A DNA stretch of 64,000 nt from contig JBNKUM010000118.1 in NCBI GenBank assembly GCA_050298595.1, forward strand, positions 41,146 to 105,145. Direction: 5' to 3'. A program made the translations under genes and the position numbers. Shown in pieces: positions 60,958 through 64,000 of this stretch (position 1 is the stretch's first letter; the number at the start of each line of letters is the position of its first letter). The notes beneath the pieces are model-generated. The model saw nothing but the letters and a program-made list of their open reading frames with translations. It was not told the DNA's origin and did no database searches. The stretch comes from Gammaproteobacteria bacterium. GTDB lineage: Bacteria; Pseudomonadota; Gammaproteobacteria; GCA-001735895.

Positions 60958-63786
60958 ATGAATACAGATTTTACGCGCAGGCAAAGAGGTACAGGCCTCA
61001 ATGCAATAAACGCCGAGTATATCGACCAACTCTATGAAGCTTTTAAACACGATCCTGACAGCGTCCCAGATGAATGGAAGAATTATTTTTATGGCTTTGA
61101 GCATTCTCAATCTGAACATCCATCTCCCAGTCCGGTTGTTGATCTATCATCAACAGATGTCAGCACACCTGAGATAAAGTTTTCACGCTCTGCTGAGCGT
61201 TTGATTCAAGCCTACAGAATGATGGGGCATTTATGCGCTCAAATCGATCCATTAAATCTGGATCTCAATACACGGCCGACAGAACTCGATCCTGCCTATT
61301 ACGGACTGGAAGAAAAGGACCTGAGTCGTGATCTACCTCTGGTAAGTATTGATCCCAATCAGAGTCTGCCTTTAGCCGAAATCATTCAGGTATTGGACAA
61401 GGTCTACTGCGGTAGCCTGGCCAGCGAATACATGCACATTACTGCCCCTGAGCAACATCGCTGGATAGAACAACGGCTCGAATCTACCCGAGGTGACTGG
61501 CAAGGTCAGCATGACAGCCTGACTCGGATAGAGATACTCAAAGACCTAACCGCTGCTGAAGGCCTCGAACAATATCTCCACCGTAAATACATCGGTCAGA
61601 AACGGTTTTCACTTGAAGGCGGTGACTCACTGATTCCATTACTCGACGAAGTGGTACAGGGTGGAGGAAAACTGGGCGTCACCGATATTGTCATTGGCAT
61701 GGCACACCGAGGCCGTCTGAATGTTCTGGTCAACCTGATGGGTAAAGCCCCACAGGAGTTATTTGATGAATTTGAAGGTAATTTCGAACCGGACAGTCAG
61801 CGTGGATCAGGCGATGTAAAATATCATCAGGGATTTTATTCTGATATCCAGACCAAAGGAGGGCCCGTGCACGTTGCATTGGCATTTAATCCTTCGCATC
61901 TGGAAATCGTATCTCCAGTTGTCGAAGGCGGAGTTCGCGCACGTCAGGACCGAATCGGTGAAACCGGACATCAAGAGGTTATGCCAGTGCTAATTCATGG
62001 AGATGCCTCTTTCATCGGCCAGGGCGTGACCACTGAAACCCTCAACTTCGCCAAAGCAGAAGGCTACAACACCGGTGGCACTCTTCATATAGTCATCAAT
62101 AACCAGATCGGATTCACCACCAGTCCGATAGAGGCCCGCTCCACGCGCTATTGCACTGAGGTAGCCAAGCTAATACAGGCACCTGTATTCCACGTCAATG
62201 GCAATGACCCTGATGCCGTAGTTTTCGTTACTCAACTAGCCCTTGAGTACCGCAATACCTTTCATAACGATGTCGTTATCGATCTCGTCTGTTACCGTCG
62301 TCAAGGCCATAACGAGGCCGATGAGCCGATGGTAACTCAACCCAGTATGTATCAAAAAATTAAGGTTATGGATACCACGCGAGCACTTTATGCGATGCGT
62401 CTGTTTCAACAAAACCTCATTGATGAAGATCTGGCCGATCAGATGGTAGCTGACTATCAGCATTCACTGGAGCAGGGAAAGGTTATGGTCAGCGAATTTC
62501 TGGATGGTTCTAGCAGTGGTTATAAAAGTGCTGACTGGCATCGTTTTATAGAGGCACGTCCAGGCGATGCGCCGCAGACCATGGTGGATGCAGAAACACT
62601 GAAACTGGTAGGTTACAAAGCACTCACCCTGCCTGAAGACTTTAGCGTACATTCTCGTGTTAACAAAGTCCTGAAAAGCCGCATCACAATGCTTGAACAG
62701 CAGCAACCTATGGACTGGGGCATGGCCGAAATGATGGCTTATGCAACATTGCTGCATGAAGGCGTTGCCATTCGCCTGACAGGTCAGGATGCTGGCCGTG
62801 GCACCTTTGCTCACCGGCATGGAATATTGCATGACCAGGAGAATGATAAACAACTCATCCCCCTGTCTCAGGTCAACCCGCAAGGTCCCCGCTTTGACCT
62901 GATCAATTCGATGCTATCGGAACTGGCAGTTGTTGCTTTTGAATATGGTTACGCAACCTCCAGCCCAAAAACGCTGGTGATCTGGGAAGCCCAGTTCGGT
63001 GACTTTGCTAACTGTGCTCAACCTGTGATCGATCAATTCATATCCAGCGGTTATCTGAAATGGGGCCGACTGTGTCAACTAACCCTGTTCCTACCACATG
63101 GATTTGAAGGCCAGGGACCGGAGCATTCCTCTGCTCGTCTGGAACGTTTTCTTCAGCTTTGTGCTGAGTTGAATATGCGCGTGTGGAACCCGACGACTCC
63201 GGCACAATTATTTCATTTGCTTCGTGATCAATACTACCGTGATTTTCGTCGACCATTAATCGTCATGACACCCAAAAGTCTGTTAAGACATCCGCTGGCA
63301 GTATCGAGCATGGATGAATTATCAGAAGGTGGACTCAAGCTGATCATTGAGGAAAGCGATGAGCTTGCCAACAACAAGGTCACCCGGGTTGTTGCCTGTA
63401 GTGGCAAGGTTTATTACGACCTGCTTAAGTCCAGACGAGAGAGAGAGATTGATAACATAGCTATTATACGAATCGAGCAGTTATACCCCTTCCCACGACG
63501 CACACTGAAAAAGTTGCTAGCGCAATACAAATCTCTCACTGAGCTAGTCTGGTGTCAGGAAGAGCCACGAAACCAGGGTGCCTGGTATCAGATTCAGCAT
63601 CACCTGCGCGTGAGTAAGCCTTACTATGTTTCACTTGGCTATGCGGGTCGAGCGCCGTCAGCATCACCAGCCTGTGGAAATGCACGCCTGCACCATATCC
63701 AGCAACAGGATCTGATTGATCGTGCTCTATCCGATCAGCCGGTAGATGATCCCGGAGAACGTCTGGAAGATACGGATATTCACTAA
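60958..63786 (+). CDS. sucA: 2-oxoglutarate dehydrogenase E1 component
   Basis: GQKRFSLEG, GMAHRGRLN, GDVKYHQG, HGDASF (ThDP motif), GHNEADEP, WEAQFGDF, GQGPEHSSAR. Confidence 0.94.
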   Translation: MNTDFTRRQRGTGLNAINAEYIDQLYEAFKHDPDSVPDEWKNYFYGFEHSQSEHPSPSPVVDLSSTDVSTPEIKFSRSAERLIQAYRMMGHLCAQIDPLNLDLNTRPTELDPAYYGLEEKDLSRDLPLVSIDPNQSLPLAEIIQVLDKVYCGSLASEYMHITAPEQHRWIEQRLESTRGDWQGQHDSLTRIEILKDLTAAEGLEQYLHRKYIGQKRFSLEGGDSLIPLLDEVVQGGGKLGVTDIVIGMAHRGRLNVLVNLMGKAPQELFDEFEGNFEPDSQRGSGDVKYHQGFYSDIQTKGGPVHVALAFNPSHLEIVSPVVEGGVRARQDRIGETGHQEVMPVLIHGDASFIGQGVTTETLNFAKAEGYNTGGTLHIVINNQIGFTTSPIEARSTRYCTEVAKLIQAPVFHVNGNDPDAVVFVTQLALEYRNTFHNDVVIDLVCYRRQGHNEADEPMVTQPSMYQKIKVMDTTRALYAMRLFQQNLIDEDLADQMVADYQHSLEQGKVMVSEFLDGSSSGYKSADWHRFIEARPGDAPQTMVDAETLKLVGYKALTLPEDFSVHSRVNKVLKSRITMLEQQQPMDWGMAEMMAYATLLHEGVAIRLTGQDAGRGTFAHRHGILHDQENDKQLIPLSQVNPQGPRFDLINSMLSELAVVAFEYGYATSSPKTLVIWEAQFGDFANCAQPVIDQFISSGYLKWGRLCQLTLFLPHGFEGQGPEHSSARLERFLQLCAELNMRVWNPTTPAQLFHLLRDQYYRDFRRPLIVMTPKSLLRHPLAVSSMDELSEGGLKLIIEESDELANNKVTRVVACSGKVYYDLLKSRREREIDNIAIIRIEQLYPFPRRTLKKLLAQYKSLTELVWCQEEPRNQGAWYQIQHHLRVSKPYYVSLGYAGRAPSASPACGNARLHHIQQQDLIDRALSDQPVDDPGERLEDTDIH

Positions 63787-63795
63787 GCATCAATC

Positions 63796-63845
63796 CAGGA
63801 GATATTGGTACCAGGGCCTGTTAAATACTGGTGCCAATATTCCTG
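63796..63845. terminator. inverted repeat between convergent sucA and RND genes
   Basis: CAGGA.ATATTGGTACCAG...CTGGTGCCAATAT.TCCTG. Confidence 0.5.
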
Positions 63846-63891
63846 ATAAGTTTCACTACAAGGAATGAAGCCTGCTAAGTTGCCGCTAGCT

Positions 63892-64000
63892 TTACTGGAT
63901 CCCCGTATTTACATCTGTTGCAGGCCTGATTCGGAACCAGGTTACATACAGCGCCGGCAGGAACAACAATGTGAGAACTGTTCCGACAATAATCCCACCC
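63892..64000 (-). CDS. C-terminal end of an RND (AcrB-family) efflux permease, partial
   Basis: Translated by hand: GGIIVGTVLTLLFLPALYVTWFRIRPATDVNTGIQ*, resembling the last TM of AcrB-family proteins. Confidence 0.7.
   Translation of the reverse strand, partial: GGIIVGTVLTLLFLPALYVTWFRIRPATDVNTGIQ

Overview
Chromosomal window of a gammaproteobacterium that is probably a sulfur oxidiser, since it carries aprBA APS reductase. Most of it is housekeeping DNA: cmoBA, galU, tilS, accA, pyrF-lapB-ihfB-rpsA-cmk-aroA-tyrA-pheA-serA-serC-gyrA, mtnA/mtaD-ubiG-gph-yciK, dnaE-rnhB, gnnA-gnnB-lpxB, ppk1-ppx, an isc cluster, a Cpx-like system, trmJ, suhB, three c-di-GMP enzymes and an orphan sucA. The best candidate for an undescribed system is a remodelled isc operon (42641-47879). 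It has no iscU and only a short cysteine desulfurase lacking the IscS C-terminal tail. Its IscR has lost three of four [2Fe-2S] ligands (C92K, C98A, H107E), yet tandem type-1 IscR boxes remain upstream. Its HscB carries a C-x2-C-x5-C-C-x-H motif next to the IscU-docking helix. A second hotspot is the accessory island at about 22650-27210. It holds a diverged second copy of the yciK 3' end and an integron gene cassette with no integrase. That cassette's attC core is interrupted by the 5' end of a group II intron. No rRNA, tRNA or CRISPR array was recognised. All family assignments come from motif recognition by eye, not database searches.
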